DNA from: Kudoa neothunni
Lineage: Eukaryota; Animalia; Cnidaria
Direction: 5' to 3'
Assembly: GCA_964304625.1 (NCBI GenBank)
Contig: OZ199839.1
Coordinates: 5,710,311-5,774,310 of the forward strand
Length of the DNA stretch: 64,000 nt
Positions 26,346-40,418 of this stretch are shown piece by piece. How positions within the stretch are numbered: position 1 is the stretch's first letter; each line of letters starts with the position of its first letter. Both the position numbers and the translations under genes were made by a program. The notes beneath the pieces were generated by a model. It made no database searches, was not told the DNA's origin, and worked only from the letters and a program-made list of their open reading frames with translations.

Positions 26346-28633
26346 ATGTTTAAGAAGTTGTCGCTTGGGGCAAAGTTTGTTTCCCAACCCAAAGGAAACG
26401 TAATATACTTATAATACATTAGGCATAAATATATGAAAAATCTTAAGAAATAATATTAGGAGATTTTTACATGCCAATCTGATATGTTACAATTTAGAAA
26501 GCTGGTTTGTCTACAAATTCCGACAATAAACCATCAAAAAAGGATATAGGAGAGCTTGAGGAAAAACACGGTGATGCAATTACTTTAAAATATCATGTTA
26601 TTGTTGAAAAAAATGGTCTACTTACCGAAGACTGTGATATCACTGATGCAAATAACGATGCCACATTCGAAAATTTGTTGGAGACGAAAAAATTAAAGTG
26701 TTTTGTGTTGGTTTTTACTTCAATTAACAGCATTTAAGATTAAAGCCTTGGTTGAATAAAAATTTGGTCAACATGTCTATTTTACGTCCAACATTGATTC
26801 AATCCAGAGCCATCGCTTCCATTTTAGAAGTATTCTTCATATTTATGCATTCAACCAAAATTTTGTTTTGGAGGAATCACATTTTAATTCAATTTTTGTT
26901 ATTTTCAAATGTTTTATAACATGTTTGTTTTAGGGGAATGATACACTGTTCTGCTCCCCAACCGGAAGTGGTAAAACGCTAACCTACTTGCTTCCTATTC
27001 TTCAACAACTGCAGGTCGATTATAGATTTTTTCCATGGATGTTTTACATCTGATTTAGCATAATAAAACCAATTTAAGTTGCGTGGTGATACTACCCACG
27101 CGGGAGCTATCCACTCAGGTTGTTAGATTGTTATTAGCGTTGTTTGTTCTAATTTCAACTCACAATGTAGGTGTACAAAGAGTTGTGTCTTTTAGTCGAA
27201 AATTCCGATTTAAGTGTTGGTGACGTGCATAGTTACCACCAAAATTTAATTAAAAATAATGATGCGCTAATTAATCACTATGGTAATTAAGCAACAATCT
27301 TTACAATTTAACACTGTCGTAGATATTATCGTTGCTACACCTAAGCGGCTAATCGATGTAATCAAACTCAAAAAGAGTTGTATGGAAAGGTTGTTAGCAT
27401 ATAACCAATTTATTGTTTCGGTTCGGTGAGTAAATGTTGCAATTAGTGTGAGATGGATGGTATTAGATGAGGGAGATCTCCTGTTGGATACCATGACTAG
27501 AAATGGATTTTGTCGTCAGGTGGGTGATGCATTATGCGCCTCAATTAGATTTAGTTGCTCAGTGGGAAATGGATTTTGTAGCTTAATTTTCAGCAACTAT
27601 TTGCTGCAGCAGTTCATTATTTAAGGATTAATATTTTTAACTTACTTAGCATTAATGATAGATCCGACAAATCTACAACAAATGTAGTCACCCAGATGTA
27701 ATTAGGATAGTCTCGACAGCTACGTTGCATGAAAATGTTGATAAGTGGTGTTCCACACAACTGCATCATCCTGTGAAAGTTGTGGTCTACCAACACAACA
27801 GCAACATACAACAGAAACTTCAATATGTAGGAGATGAAAAAGGAAGAATATATGAACTGTTGCACATTATTAAATCTGTACTCTCGTTACATTGCCAATA
27901 GATCGCCTTATGCATGAAATTACTTTAAACTAGGGAATACAACCACCCGTGCTTATTTTTGTGAACAGCCATGAACAAGGTCTAGATTTGGTGAAACAAC
28001 TCAAAAGAAATGATATTCCCGCCAAAACTTTTAGTTCCAACGCCTTTAAGGTTTAAATTCGTTAATTAAATCTTAATCTCCACATTTTGTTAAAATTAGA
28101 GAAATGAATTACTTAAAGATTTTCGAGTTGGAAAAGTAACTATCAACTTCAACTTGTATTCATTTTTAATTTTTGTGATGCATAAGATTCATTTTCTTGT
28201 CACTACGGATGTGCTTAGTCGTGGCATTGACTTTAAAGGAGTTAGGTTTGTTATCAATTATCATTTTCCGTATTCTCCTTCTGCATACATTCATCGAATC
28301 GGTATGAAATAAAAAGATTTAAATGAAGGGTGCGATTCAGTGATTTGTAGGGAGAACTGGTCGTAGCGGAGGACTTGCAGGTAATGCTGTCACTTTATAC
28401 ACCGAAGAGGATAAATTTCTCATCCGAAATCTCATTCCTGTATTAAACAAAAGCAATATTACAATCCCGGACTGGTTGGAGAAATCTGTCCAATCAACAG
28501 TATCCACCAGCAGTAACTCCAAAGAATTTAGACCTAGCCATTTTTCTACGCGGTAATTTATTGTATTGTTTTCAATCAGAAAACAACTTGTTATTTATTA
28601 TTTAGTAAAAGAAAACAACCTCCGCCAAAATAG
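26346..28633 (+). CDS. DDX52: DEAD-box RNA helicase DDX52/Rok1
   Basis: N-terminus [11 protein letters not shown]; [61 protein letters not shown]. Confidence 0.9.
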
Positions 28634-28769
28634 AAATACACAAACAAATTAGTGTCTAATTTATGATCGGATGGTCTCACCATTTGGCAATTAGTGCTGC
28701 CATTATGGCGATGATCATTTATTTTTTATGTGTAGTTTTCCTTTGTTAAAATAAAGTTAGGTTATTCTC

Positions 28770-28776
<7 letters not shown>

Positions 28777-28803
<27 letters not shown>
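28777..28803. repeat. (CA)n microsatellite
   Basis: Directly visible. Confidence 0.95.
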
Positions 28804-29037
28804 TTTTTAGTGTGTATATCGGTTTTGATTAAGAGATCTTTACACTGTTTATCCCTACACAGTTGTTTATTTATTATGCGTGGAGCTGATTTTTCTGGGA
28901 TAAAATAGGTTGGGAATTTGGAGGAAAATAAAACTAGATAAGACATACTTAGTTTGAATATGGAGTTCTTGCCTCAAACAATTTAATCAAAGGGTTTTAA
29001 AAGGCGGAGGCTATTATTGGCACAGTAAAGTTTAGGG

Positions 29038-29352
29038 AAGTGGCTGGCTATTGACACGGATCATAATATCTAGGTAGGTATAGCTTTGACTGTATTTAAT
29101 TATTGTTCGGACCATCGCTACCGCTTCTAATTCCAAAGAATAATTAAATACATCAGATTCTAAAAAATACACTTTATAGATCAACTTTGAGTGGACGTTC
29201 TCGGATTAAAAATGGTGAACACACACGCACGCGTGATAGAAATTTCCATTATCAACAACTCTTACATACGAGCTGTTTATAGACTTAATTTCTTAGAAAG
29301 GAGCGGCGCTAGACATATATATATATATTAATTACAGTTCCAATAGCCACTC
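29038..29352 (+). mobile_element. MITE family A copy
   Basis: ggctattgacacggatcataatatctaggtaggtatagc... is homologous to 32714-32950; caatagccact near 29341. Confidence 0.65.
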
Positions 29353-29727
29353 TCAACGATAAAATATCTAGAAGAATGGGCCTAGTCTATGAGTGGTCCC
29401 GCCGCATTATTTCGGGAGGTCTGAGCAGAGTCGGCGACTTCAATTCCTGAAGACAAATATTTTATTGGATTTTGAAATTAATTATAATTATTATTATTAT
29501 TATTATGGTTATTGCGTTGGCTTGGGCGGGTAAAATATAAAATGTTAATTAAAAGCCAACAGTAATATTAGCTGATTCTGAAAAGTAAAATGAATAGAAC
29601 ATTTAAATGAAATAAATGAGTAGAACAGGGTCACTATAAAAAGTGTTTGACTGTTTCAAAATAGCTAGGAATGTACAAATTAGCAACCAAAATGTTTAAT
29701 AACGAGAGTGGATTATAAGGATTGTGG

Positions 29728-32444
29728 TTATTGATTGTGCTGCTGTCGATTCCCACAGTTAGTGTTGTAACCACCTTTGAATATCATAGAAAATAATTCA
29801 TTTTTTGAAATATCTTTATTGGGATGGTCATTGTTGTTGATATCTACATTGTGATTTTGTCGAAGGTAGTGTATAGCGGAGCTGTTGGGATTGGAGAGAG
29901 CGGGCACGTAGTTTAGAGAGGGATTATCTAGATGAGGGGTTAATTCAGAAAATTCCATATTGTTTTTAATCTTTTGATTTGGTTGCATAACATCGAGTTG
30001 ACTGAACATCTTTAAAGGTTCAGGAAAATTGAGAGTTTGGTTAGTTTCTGTCATTCCAGCATTTGAACCATTGTTGTTAGTATGCAAATAAAGAGGAGAC
30101 ATGGATTGTGGGTTGCAGTTGTTGGATTTGGGGATATTGAAAACATTCCAGATGTGACCCAATGGATGAGATTGCGTTGGATAATTTAGTGGAATATCGG
30201 CATATCTACTTGTGTCACCAATTTTGTTGGTGGTAGCGGTAGTGATGCTATTATTCATAGATCCAGTGGAGAAAGTTAAATCTATAGATCTCGACAATTG
30301 TTGAGAATTCGATTGAGCCAATGGATTGAAGCTATCATTAGTGCTCAAATTGGTGACGGGACCGGACTGAGACAGATGGTTGTTGGCAATTAACGGGATA
30401 TTTTGTATCTGTGATGGTAAATAGAATTCTTGTCCAACAGCGGAACATGTAGTGGCCGAAAACCGATCAGAATTTATAGTTTCATTTACACTGAATGAAG
30501 ATCGTTGTTGGTAGCAGGAATTGTTGGAAGGAGTGCTTGAGAGATTGACCGATCTTTTTTGAGGTTGTCCAACAAACGAAGGTTGGAAATTGGTTGAGGT
30601 ATTTTGTTCTCTAAAGACGGAGTTTAATCAGCTTAACCCCCGATCAAATTACTGCATATCGTCACATTCCATCAGGATACATTCAATGTTATCGTTGTAG
30701 GCGTTAGTAATGATGTCGAATGTGGCAAAGGTTTTAATTAGAAGTGAACTCGTAATTTTCATTTTCACAATAACGGTGACATTTTTAACTTTTCTGTAGT
30801 TCTCGAGCACTAAAGGAATGATTAAGTGACTGTTTTATGTTCCAATCGAATCTCCATCCTATTAGTATTAGTATTGGTTGTTAAATATAACTACCTTTTT
30901 TAAATGAATTCGCAAAAACTTCTTGATCACTATCATGAATCAATCCGAAGATTGATTTACCGAGATGCTCATCAATTGAGGCAACTTTATCAAACCAATA
31001 GGAATTATTTGGTTTCTGTGTGTAGATAATTTTGCCATTTTGGTCCAACTGAAATATCATTTTACAATCGGAAGATTGTGCGAGGTTGTTATCGATGGTG
31101 GAAGGTGTTGCATTGGAGTTCACATTGTTCGGGGGCACATATCCAACGGCGACCACACACCAGGTGTCAGGAGTTTCTCCATTGTACAGTGGAGATGGCT
31201 GAACCATATTGAAACCGACATCTTGAAATTTCTACATACAAACATTAAAGATTGTAGTATAATCACAAAAACTCGTGAAAAAATTACCATAAGCGAGGTA
31301 CAACAGTGTACAACAAGATATTGTTTTAAGATTTGGGCTGGGTTGGCGTCCTGAAATCGTTGAGAAAGACAGAAATTTCTCACATTTGAACATAGTGCCG
31401 TTGGATAAATAGAATCAAGTCCATAAAAATCATCACAATTACCACATTCAATTCTCAATGTGATATCCGATCTAGGAAAATAATCCTGGACAATAGAAGC
31501 TACACAAAATCACATCAACTATCCATTTTACAATCCGTTACTTGAGTTTTCCATTGAGTTGGTTTCTATGGAATTTCCGAGAATGGAGTTGGAATCCAAC
31601 TGATCATTCATTTTCAGGAGATTAGCATTCAATTTGAAGTGATCATTATGGTGGACATAATCATAAATATTTTTACCCTCTAGCATTTCCTACAAATTAT
31701 TTTATCGTTTAAAATTGAATTGGTATGAATGTGAAAAAATGGGTTATTCGTGTTTGGAATTAAATCTGTGAGTATTGGGAAAAGATATACCTTTTTATGG
31801 CCCAAAATTATTCCTACTACATCACCCACATACAGAATTCTATTGGTTACGGTGGAATATACAAACATGAATGCATTAGCGCTCTAAAACGAGCTTAGAG
31901 GTGTGAATCATTGGAAAAGTACCTCCATGAGAACCTGTCGAAATTCTCTGCCAGTCAAGAACGAGATATGATTATCCACATGTGGGTTGTGATGTGTGGG
32001 CCCTCCGAACACATTTCCCATGTGGTTGTTAACTATTGTTGGTGGCTCGCTGTAATCTATTCAAAGTGTATAATGAATCTCCATTTCGAGTATACCCCTT
32101 AAAAGACGTATGTATTGAACAGTGGTTTTAAGAATGGTGAGTTTGTCCACTCTTTTCTGATTTACAATTCCAGGGATGATACCAGACAACTCTCTCATGT
32201 AGTGGTTCATTTTGTTGCGTCTTCTCCTCTCAATTTCGGAGTGACTTTCTCTGTTCACACACACACAGCCCAAATTAATTTACAATTCATGGTTTCACAG
32301 CCGAATATATTACCTAGCAATTTTATCTCGGTTTTTTTTCAAAATTGTTCTATATGATGAAAATTAATTAGTTATAGAATCGTTAGAGCGTCAAAAATTA
32401 TATAGATACGATGCAGATGGGACAGCATCATTTGTAGAATCCAT
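29728..32444 (-). CDS. ARNT: bHLH-PAS transcription factor ARNT/HIF-1beta-like
   Basis: bHLH RESHSEIERRRRNKMNHYMRELSGIIP..KRVDKLTILKTTVQYIRLLRG; PAS-A (FMFVYSTVTNRILYVGD, IYDYVHHND, YLVVHC); PAS-B (HLGKSIFGLIHDSDQE); N/S/Q-rich C-terminus. The 5' exons are less certain. Confidence 0.9.
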
Positions 32445-32713
32445 CTGTGCTCTATGCCAATCTTAAGGCGATTAGTTGGAGATTAGCAAATAATTTCAAG
32501 TATCCACTGAGAAAAAAATCCAAATGCGGATTAAAATGTGTTAGAATTTTTAAATTTGATTATGAATAATTATGATAGATTTATTGTTACAATCTTTCGT
32601 TAACTTAGGGTTGGTGACGCGCGTTTGCGCAGTAAACATGGTTTGGTTACTTCGTTCCATTTTTCCGATTAAATCCGGTTAATACTGAATGCTAATTGTT
32701 TTAATTAGTTGTT

Positions 32714-32950
32714 AGAAGTGGCTATTGACACGGATTATAATATCCAGGTAGATATAGTTTGGACTGTATTTAATTACCTTTGGCCATTCGCTACCACTCC
32801 TATGGACCAAAAATAATTAAGTGTAGCGGATTCTATAAAATAAACCTTATAGATCAGCTATGGATAGGAATTGCCAAGATTAAAAATGGGAACTGCGCAT
32901 GCGTACTTGGCAGTTCAAATTAAAAACTTCCGTGTCAATAGCCAGTGTCT
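32714..32950 (+). mobile_element. MITE family A, most intact copy (~237 bp)
   Basis: Terminal inverted repeats agaagtggctattgacacgg ... cgtgtcaatagccagtgtct. Confidence 0.75.
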
Positions 32951-33672
32951 TAATTGTTCTAACGATTACTTAAGAGAGTTCTAATTTTTCTGTTGAACGC
33001 CTGTAGACTAGGTGAAAAAACAACAATTTATTGAATAGATAAGTTGAGCATCCTATTTGATTTTTTTAATTATTCTCGAACAATTTATTGGGGTTGTTAA
33101 CCGGCCGATGTGATAAATTTTAAATCTAGCTAACAAAGTATACTACTTGCATTATCAATTACAAAATATTTATCAGTTTGCATTATTTGATAGTTATGCG
33201 ATAATAAAATAAGAAGCCATTAAAATTTAATCCTATTTATTTATTTAAAATGTGGATTAAACTTTATAGTGCTATTTAATGAAGGTGATGATTAAAAATC
33301 GAAACATGCAATTAATGTTTGTTATTAGTGTCATTTGTAGGGACAGGCAGTATAAATTTCAAACCCACACCTAATATTATTTATAGTAGATTTTAGATAA
33401 TTAAATAGTCGACATACGTCAAAAATCGGTTATATATCATGTTTTGGGAATTTTTCGGTTTTTTAACTCAAATTAAAATTTCCTATACAATGTGATAATT
33501 ATGCGTAGTAATTACACTAAAGTAAGTAAATAAGCTATATATAAGCACGTTCCCTTTTTACCGTTTTACTGATTATTAAAACGTGATCGGTCAACTCTCA
33601 CAATATTATCTACACAAATGGAATTGACTTAGCTGGAAAATCACATTAATCACACCCCTATAAGTATTTGCT

Positions 33673-34274
33673 ATGAAAACAATAGGAGTATGGCTGTGTG
33701 CCATGGGACTCACATGGGTGAGCCTCGCAACTACACTTGTGAGAACAAATATGGATCCGGTTGACTTTGCTTATTGCGGCAAAAATGATTGTATTTTATT
33801 GGGGATTATGGCTGATATGATTGTGATTCATTGTAGTCTTTTAGCGTACCCTTTCGAGCTACTAGATGTTCGATTGATTGACCAGATTCAACCAGTCGCA
33901 GAGAATACAGAATACACTATTGAAATAGTTATTCGTTCGCGAGTAAAAAGAGATCTTAACAAAATTCCATTTATGTACGCTATTCATCATATTCTCAAAA
34001 CCCATCCCATCGGAAGCATACAAAAGTTCGATCTCTGCCATTTTGAAAACTTTTGCCCACTCAAAATGGGAGATATACGAACTTTTAGAACTACGGTTCT
34101 TGCAAAACCACACTTTTACACCCCAGTATATAATTTTCTGTCTCCATATAAAACACTAAATTCTATTAGAAAATAACCGCTCCAGATGTTACTATATTAG
34201 ATAGTTTTTCGAATACACTGCTTTGTTTCCGTCCATTTATTAGAATTATTGATTATGATTACCACCATTATTAG
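33673..34274 (+). CDS. Secreted ML-domain/NPC2-like protein 1 (4 Cys)
   Basis: Signal peptide; VDFAYCG; DLCHFENFCPLKMGDIRTFRTTV; final exon KITAPDVTILDSFSNTLLCFRPFIRII; 3 exons. Confidence 0.85.
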
Positions 34275-34689
34275 ATCTAAATTGATTTGCTCAAAGTTCT
34301 TTTCTTATCAAAAGACGGTTGATCATTTAATTTCTCATATTGATTATGTTTAATATATCACTTATTCTTAGGTTTATCTTTGTATAATTTAAAAAAACAA
34401 TATTATCAAGTTATTTCGTTGATGAAAATTTTGTCGATAATAAAAGAAATAATCCACAATCTAATATGATTTAGATACCAGCTTTGATAAAAAAATACAA
34501 AAGCAGTCTATTTTATGCAACAACGCATAAAATATTATTGATTACTTCTATGGACGTAAAATTTTTAGAAAAAGTTTTAATACTTTTGTTGTTCTAAATT
34601 GAAACTAACACACATTCTCTAAGTACAACACTGTTAATAACTTTTAGATTAGTTGGTTCATCGGCAAATCAATTTTAATTCTAGCGGAA

Positions 34690-34800
34690 AATACAGCACA
34701 TCTTCGCTTTTTCTAACTCTGATTAACGCTTCTCCAGAAAGAGCATTTTCTCTTCTGGAAATATCGAAAAAATCAGAACAAATAGAATTTTGTTCTAATG
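34690..34800 (+). mobile_element. Possible hAT transposase dimerisation-domain remnant
   Basis: NASPERAFSLL resembles the hAT C-terminal ERxFS motif; short and degenerate. Confidence 0.35.
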
Positions 34801-34949
34801 AGGAATTTTTTCAACACATTGACAAAATAATGTCATAAAGTTGAAGTTTCTGAGTTAATTATAAATTAACGTAATATTTATACATATAATTAAATATTAG
34901 TTCCGATTTTACAAAAAATTCTGATTTGTCCAAAATTATAAACATAAAT

Positions 34950-37085
34950 CTTTCTTCAAATTGCATCCATGATGATGAAGTCAACAACATAATCCTCATG
35001 TTAAACACTGGTTTCTATATTTCACTATGAAGGAATATAAATGTGAATACGAATCATGCATCAAACTATTTATAGTATATTACATGATATTATGTTTAAA
35101 AACATTAGCAATAAGTCATCATTAATGGCTGTTGTTCAGAAATATAGAATATTAAAAGTTTCCCCATATTCATAACACTTTCTTATTTAAATTTTTGTTG
35201 AATTAAAGAATAATAACTATTTTTAGTATTATATATCTTTCCATTCTAAACGCTCTATCGTTTAAGGCAATTATTGAGTGTGCGTTATTTGGTAAATTGT
35301 CTCCCATCCTTCACTCTAAGAAGTAATTATTAACTGGAAATGTATAAACAACTAATTTCATAGTTCTTAAGAATGTTTAAAAATTAAAACAATCTTCAGA
35401 AACGAATTTTCTTTGATGGATAATTATTAATGAAAAATAAACATAATTACACGATATGTTTGTATAATTTTTTATTTATATATCATCTTATAATTAATAT
35501 TCTTTTTAATTAAATTTCATATTTTGACTATTAAAGTATGATAATTCAAAGCAGGCTCTATTTCTTGATATTTATTATTCAGATCAAAACATTTCAATCA
35601 ATAAAGCTGAAAATAATTTTAATAACTTCTAAAAGACTTCAGATGAATTATCACAATAACATAATATTCATCTTCTCCTAAGATTGTCATTTTCATTATT
35701 CCGACTGCGAATGCACACGATACACTTATCAAATGATGGTTTTTGTGTCAGCTACGAAACAAGCAGTTGGTTTTCTTTTTGTAGGAAATGTTTTTATTGT
35801 CCCAATGGCTGAGAATCGCAGCGCACTTACGAAGTTATACCCTCAATAATGGTTATGAATAACTTCACAATTATCCCTAGTTCAATAAACATCTAGCACA
35901 GTATATCGTTTATTTATCATTTATCGTTTGAAAGTATTATTTTTAAAACTATATCAACGTTAATATAATTCATTGAAATTATATAAAACAAACAAACATA
36001 AAAAGGTAAAATAAATATTTGTGGTATTACTCAACTTTCAAAAATCACTTGTTATACAACATCTCGATTCCTTGTTTTTATCACTTACTCAGTATACATT
36101 TTTCAATAAAAAAAGTTGTTGTCATGGCATCACCGAAAATAAAGAGAAGAGAAATCACCTATATTGTCTTGGTGGAAAAATTAATCATACTTTGTATTGA
36201 TATAGAAAATATATTGATTTCTATTTTAAGAATGAATTTTAAATAACAACAAATTAAGAGCATTTAGTTGGAGTTTTGTTTGTTACAAAAAAGTATTAAT
36301 ATTCAATATCATTAGAATATAATAATTTAATTATTATATTCTTCACCAAATTAATTGTTTTAAACTTAAAAAAATAAAATATGCATTTAATTTTGAAGTT
36401 GTACCTAAATTTGTGGCAAAGAAACATTAGAATATTATTGTAATTTTTAGTTGATTTAATTAAACCCTTAATAATTACATTCCTTTGTTCCATTAAAAAT
36501 CAATAATATGAAGAAAAAAGCGTATATATGGATCATTTCACGGAGAATTAAAAATCGATGTTAAAAATTGGTCGAACAAAAAATTAGTATAAACTCATCA
36601 ACATAACATAATTAATTTTCCAATGATAATAATAACAATAATCCCTCAAATAAATTTCATTCCTAAAGATTATTCTCAATTATTAACTTTGTTAGTAACT
36701 GTTATTTTAGTAAATTACATATTTTCCAATTAATAATAACACATTAAACATAGTTTAGGAGAGAATTTATCAAATAACGCTCGATAATTGCCTCTAATAA
36801 TGTAGCGTTTTGACAATAAAAATTCATAATACTAAAAATAACTATATAGCTTTAGTTAGGATAAAATGAAAATAAAAATATGCTATGAGAATGGAGAAAG
36901 TTTCAATATTCTACATGCCTGGACAACAACCGTTTATAATGGATTATTCGTAATTTGTTTTCATTATAATACCATGTAAAAATAAAATTAACATTCATAT
37001 TCCTTCACAATGAAATATAGAAACCAGTGTTTAACATGAGGATTATATTGTTGACTCCACCATCATATATACGATTGGAAGAAAA
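34950..37085. repeat. Diverged inverted duplication (~34950-35180 vs ~36880-37085), probably a transposon relic
   Basis: taatcctcatgttaaacactggtttctatatttca vs tgaaatatagaaaccagtgtttaacatgaggatta, plus flanking similarity. Confidence 0.65.
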
Positions 37086-37343
37086 ATTTATTTTTATAAT
37101 GTTGGAAAAATATTTTGATGAGTCTCACATGAAAAACGCACATAAGTTTTTTTAGAATTGTTTCTGACGAAAATAGTCGTAAACAACGCTAAAAATGAGG
37201 GAGCGACACCCTCCACAATAACCTATTTTTCAGCCGGGGGTTATATATAGGGATTAAAATATTTTTTTAATTTTACGATATTTCTTTTTAATTTAAATTA
37301 GCACACTCCAGGGTAAAGCAGGGTTTTTTGCGCCAGGCAACTA

Positions 37344-38183
37344 TCTTATTTATAAAAGCTGAAGTGTCCTTGCGTGTGTTTCAGCAAGTACGCATGTGCG
37401 CCAAAATCTTTTCCTTATAGATAGATATTTATGTAACTTCTAATAGTCTACGATAATTTAAAAATTCTTTTATTTGTTATTACACGGACACAAGTCCCAA
37501 AATAACAGAAAATTGAGTTGTCCTCGGTGTTAGATTTGTTTATCGGATTACGTGGTTTCAACTTAAGTTATAAATATACGATTTGAAGATACGTCTTATA
37601 TAGTTTATCTATCTGTACATCTAAAATAGATGTGCGCTTAAATACACTTTAAAAGTTCTATAGATGAAATTTAATATAGCCAAAATATGAAAATTTGCTA
37701 AATTAATGAAGGTTTGGAAGCGTATGTTGTAATCAGATGGATTCAATCTTTATGTAATACTGAAACTAGGTCCCCATATTTCATTGTAGCGACCTTTAGA
37801 CTTAATTTTAAGCGATAAGAGTTAATATACACGGTGAAATCTTACTTTATCTAATTATTTAACATATTTTTGTTTATATTAAGAGGTTACAAAATAGTTT
37901 TGAGGAGAGAGTGTATAAAAATGTGTCGGATAAAGATATTAATTTAAGCAATAAAAATTAATCAACATAAGTTATTCAGATTTTGCTACTTTCATTATCT
38001 CTCTAAAATGATCTAAATTTTTTACTATGCCTATCACAGCTGTTAAAAGTATGATATATAAAAGAAAGATTTATTTAATCTCTCATCAGGGCTAATCAGA
38101 GGTGTCTATTTCTTTACTTGTTGGCCGTATTCTTCAACGATGAAATCTTCTCAATCCCGTGCGAAGCAGGCAGTTTGCGCTAG
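37344..38183 (+). mobile_element. Non-autonomous Helitron-like element
   Basis: 5' a|TCttatttataaaag..., and a 3' GC-rich imperfect hairpin cccgtgcgaagcagg followed by CTAG|t; A/T insertion context and no TSD. Confidence 0.55.
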
Positions 38184-40418
38184 TAAAATTCCAAAATATG
38201 GGATTATAACAAGTTTACAAATTAATTTAATCAGTTTTTAATATTATAATTGTTGTAGGGAATATTGTCAAACGTAATAACAGCCTGTGCCTACCAAACT
38301 ATGATTTTTCCGCTATTTCATAACGCAGTAAACTTTTTGATGTTCCAAAAATATAATCTATATTAAATTCTTTTAATATGAACTTTAGTTTATTTTAATA
38401 TTAAGGAACTTTAAGAATTGTTATTCAGGTTTGTTTAGCCCAATATATTTTTTTCGTACTAATCCACTCCACCTCAAAGGTAAAATTGAGCACCTCTGCT
38501 CTAAGTATCTATGGTAATATTTTTGAGATTTATGATAATCAAAATTCTTTTAATTATATAATTCTCATCAATCACATTTCTTTAATATTTCCAAACCCAA
38601 CTTCTTTAGATCCAATGAGCCAACTCTTCACTAAAATTATTAGGATCTCTCATAAAAATAAACTTTAAATCGATATAAATTGAAACATTTGATAATTGAG
38701 AAAATATTAAAATATATTAAACAATAATGAACTAAAAGTATATGAAAGAATTAATAAAGTTGGTTGTTCTCGGATAAAATAAAAATAACACAATTATATA
38801 TCCCCAATTTAATTTAATAGAATAGAATAGATGAATAAAAAAATGTAAAATTTTTTGCCAAAAATAAGAAAAAACATATTTTTCTTGTAACTTTATTTAA
38901 TGAATAAAAAATGACCGCATTGCTTACTTTTCTTTTTGTACAATGTAACCATTAAATGAAGAGCGTAATATCTTCATCTGTGAAAAAAATAAATTACTTT
39001 TTAATTTTAAATGTCTCAAATATAATTTAAACTAAAAATACTTCTATATACCACCATAATTTACAAATGTTACAAGTACCACACTCCTTCATTCATTGAT
39101 TCTACATTGAGTGTGGAGGTAACGTAATTCGGGTCATGATCCCATTAGCACCATTTAAATCAAAGAATCTCTTTTGTGGCCAAGTTGCATAATCCTCCGC
39201 TTAACATATGGGATATACGGTTCGAAGTTTAAAACGCTTCTTAAAAGGTCAACTAAGCAGCTTATGGTCGTGTTATAGAATAAACTGAATGAAAAAAGTA
39301 AACGAGAAATTTTTGACTATTCGGCAAAAATGATAATCTTAATTTTGTTTGAAATATAACAATAAGCTGAAAAATTACATTCCAGATAATACTTAATAAC
39401 AATTATGAACGAATGAAAGAATTAGTCTAAATATAAAGTGGTTCATCGTTGATTCATAAACAACTCATTCTGGTCCCTAGAAATGCTCATTATAAAAAAT
39501 CCTCAAAATCATAAATACTTATGTGTTTGATATAATATTTATAGTATACGCTTATTTTTTATTCTTTAAATATATATTAAAACGTTTCCCCTTTAAGTAA
39601 GTTAGTTGAGCACATTACATTAATTATATTTAACGAACATTAATCAAAACCAATTTTAATGCAAATAATAATATTTCCACGTTAAATAACGAAAGTGATT
39701 TAAAAAATGAACTATTCAATCCAATAAGATTTTTAGGACAAAAAGTGGATCATGGTGCTATTTATTAGAGTCCGAATTATGTGTAGCGTATCGACCCAGC
39801 TTCTGATCTGTTGATCTATTTATCTATTTAGATATCCAAGGAATTAAATGTAAAAATCTGTAATATCGCCATCACTAATTATTAACCAAAACAGTTACAA
39901 ATATATACGAAGTAAGATGTCTAAAAATAAAAAAAATTAATATGATATCTGATTGATATTATCTTAATTTTTCCCACCTTTATATGTATTATCGCTTCAT
40001 TCGTGTTTTTTCAAAAATTAATCTACATGAAACAAAATTTATCTGGAAATATTGTTGTTAATATCAAAATAATATTAAATAAAATCTGGTATATTTATAT
40101 AATATTTCTAGGTAGATTTGTTCACAAAAATCTAGGAAACAGTTAATTTTTTTATATTTGTTGATAAGAATTCAGATTATCGTTGATCCGAGTTCCATGT
40201 AAGTTCAAAAATGTGTGTGTGTGAGGTTAAACTGTTATAATTTGTAGGGAAGTAATCCATACATCTTAATTTAATCCAATTGATTATATTTTATTGTGGG
40301 ATTAACACCATTTAACATAAATAACGGGTTATACAGATAATCCGAATAGTTCAACTATACCACAGTGGTTTTATTGATAGCTAACATCAACCGAATTCGA
40401 TTGAAAATTATTTGAAGT

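Noticed and set aside
29378-29455. GC-rich patch, possible tRNA/SINE or ncRNA
   Set aside because: No cloverleaf and no A/B boxes recognised.
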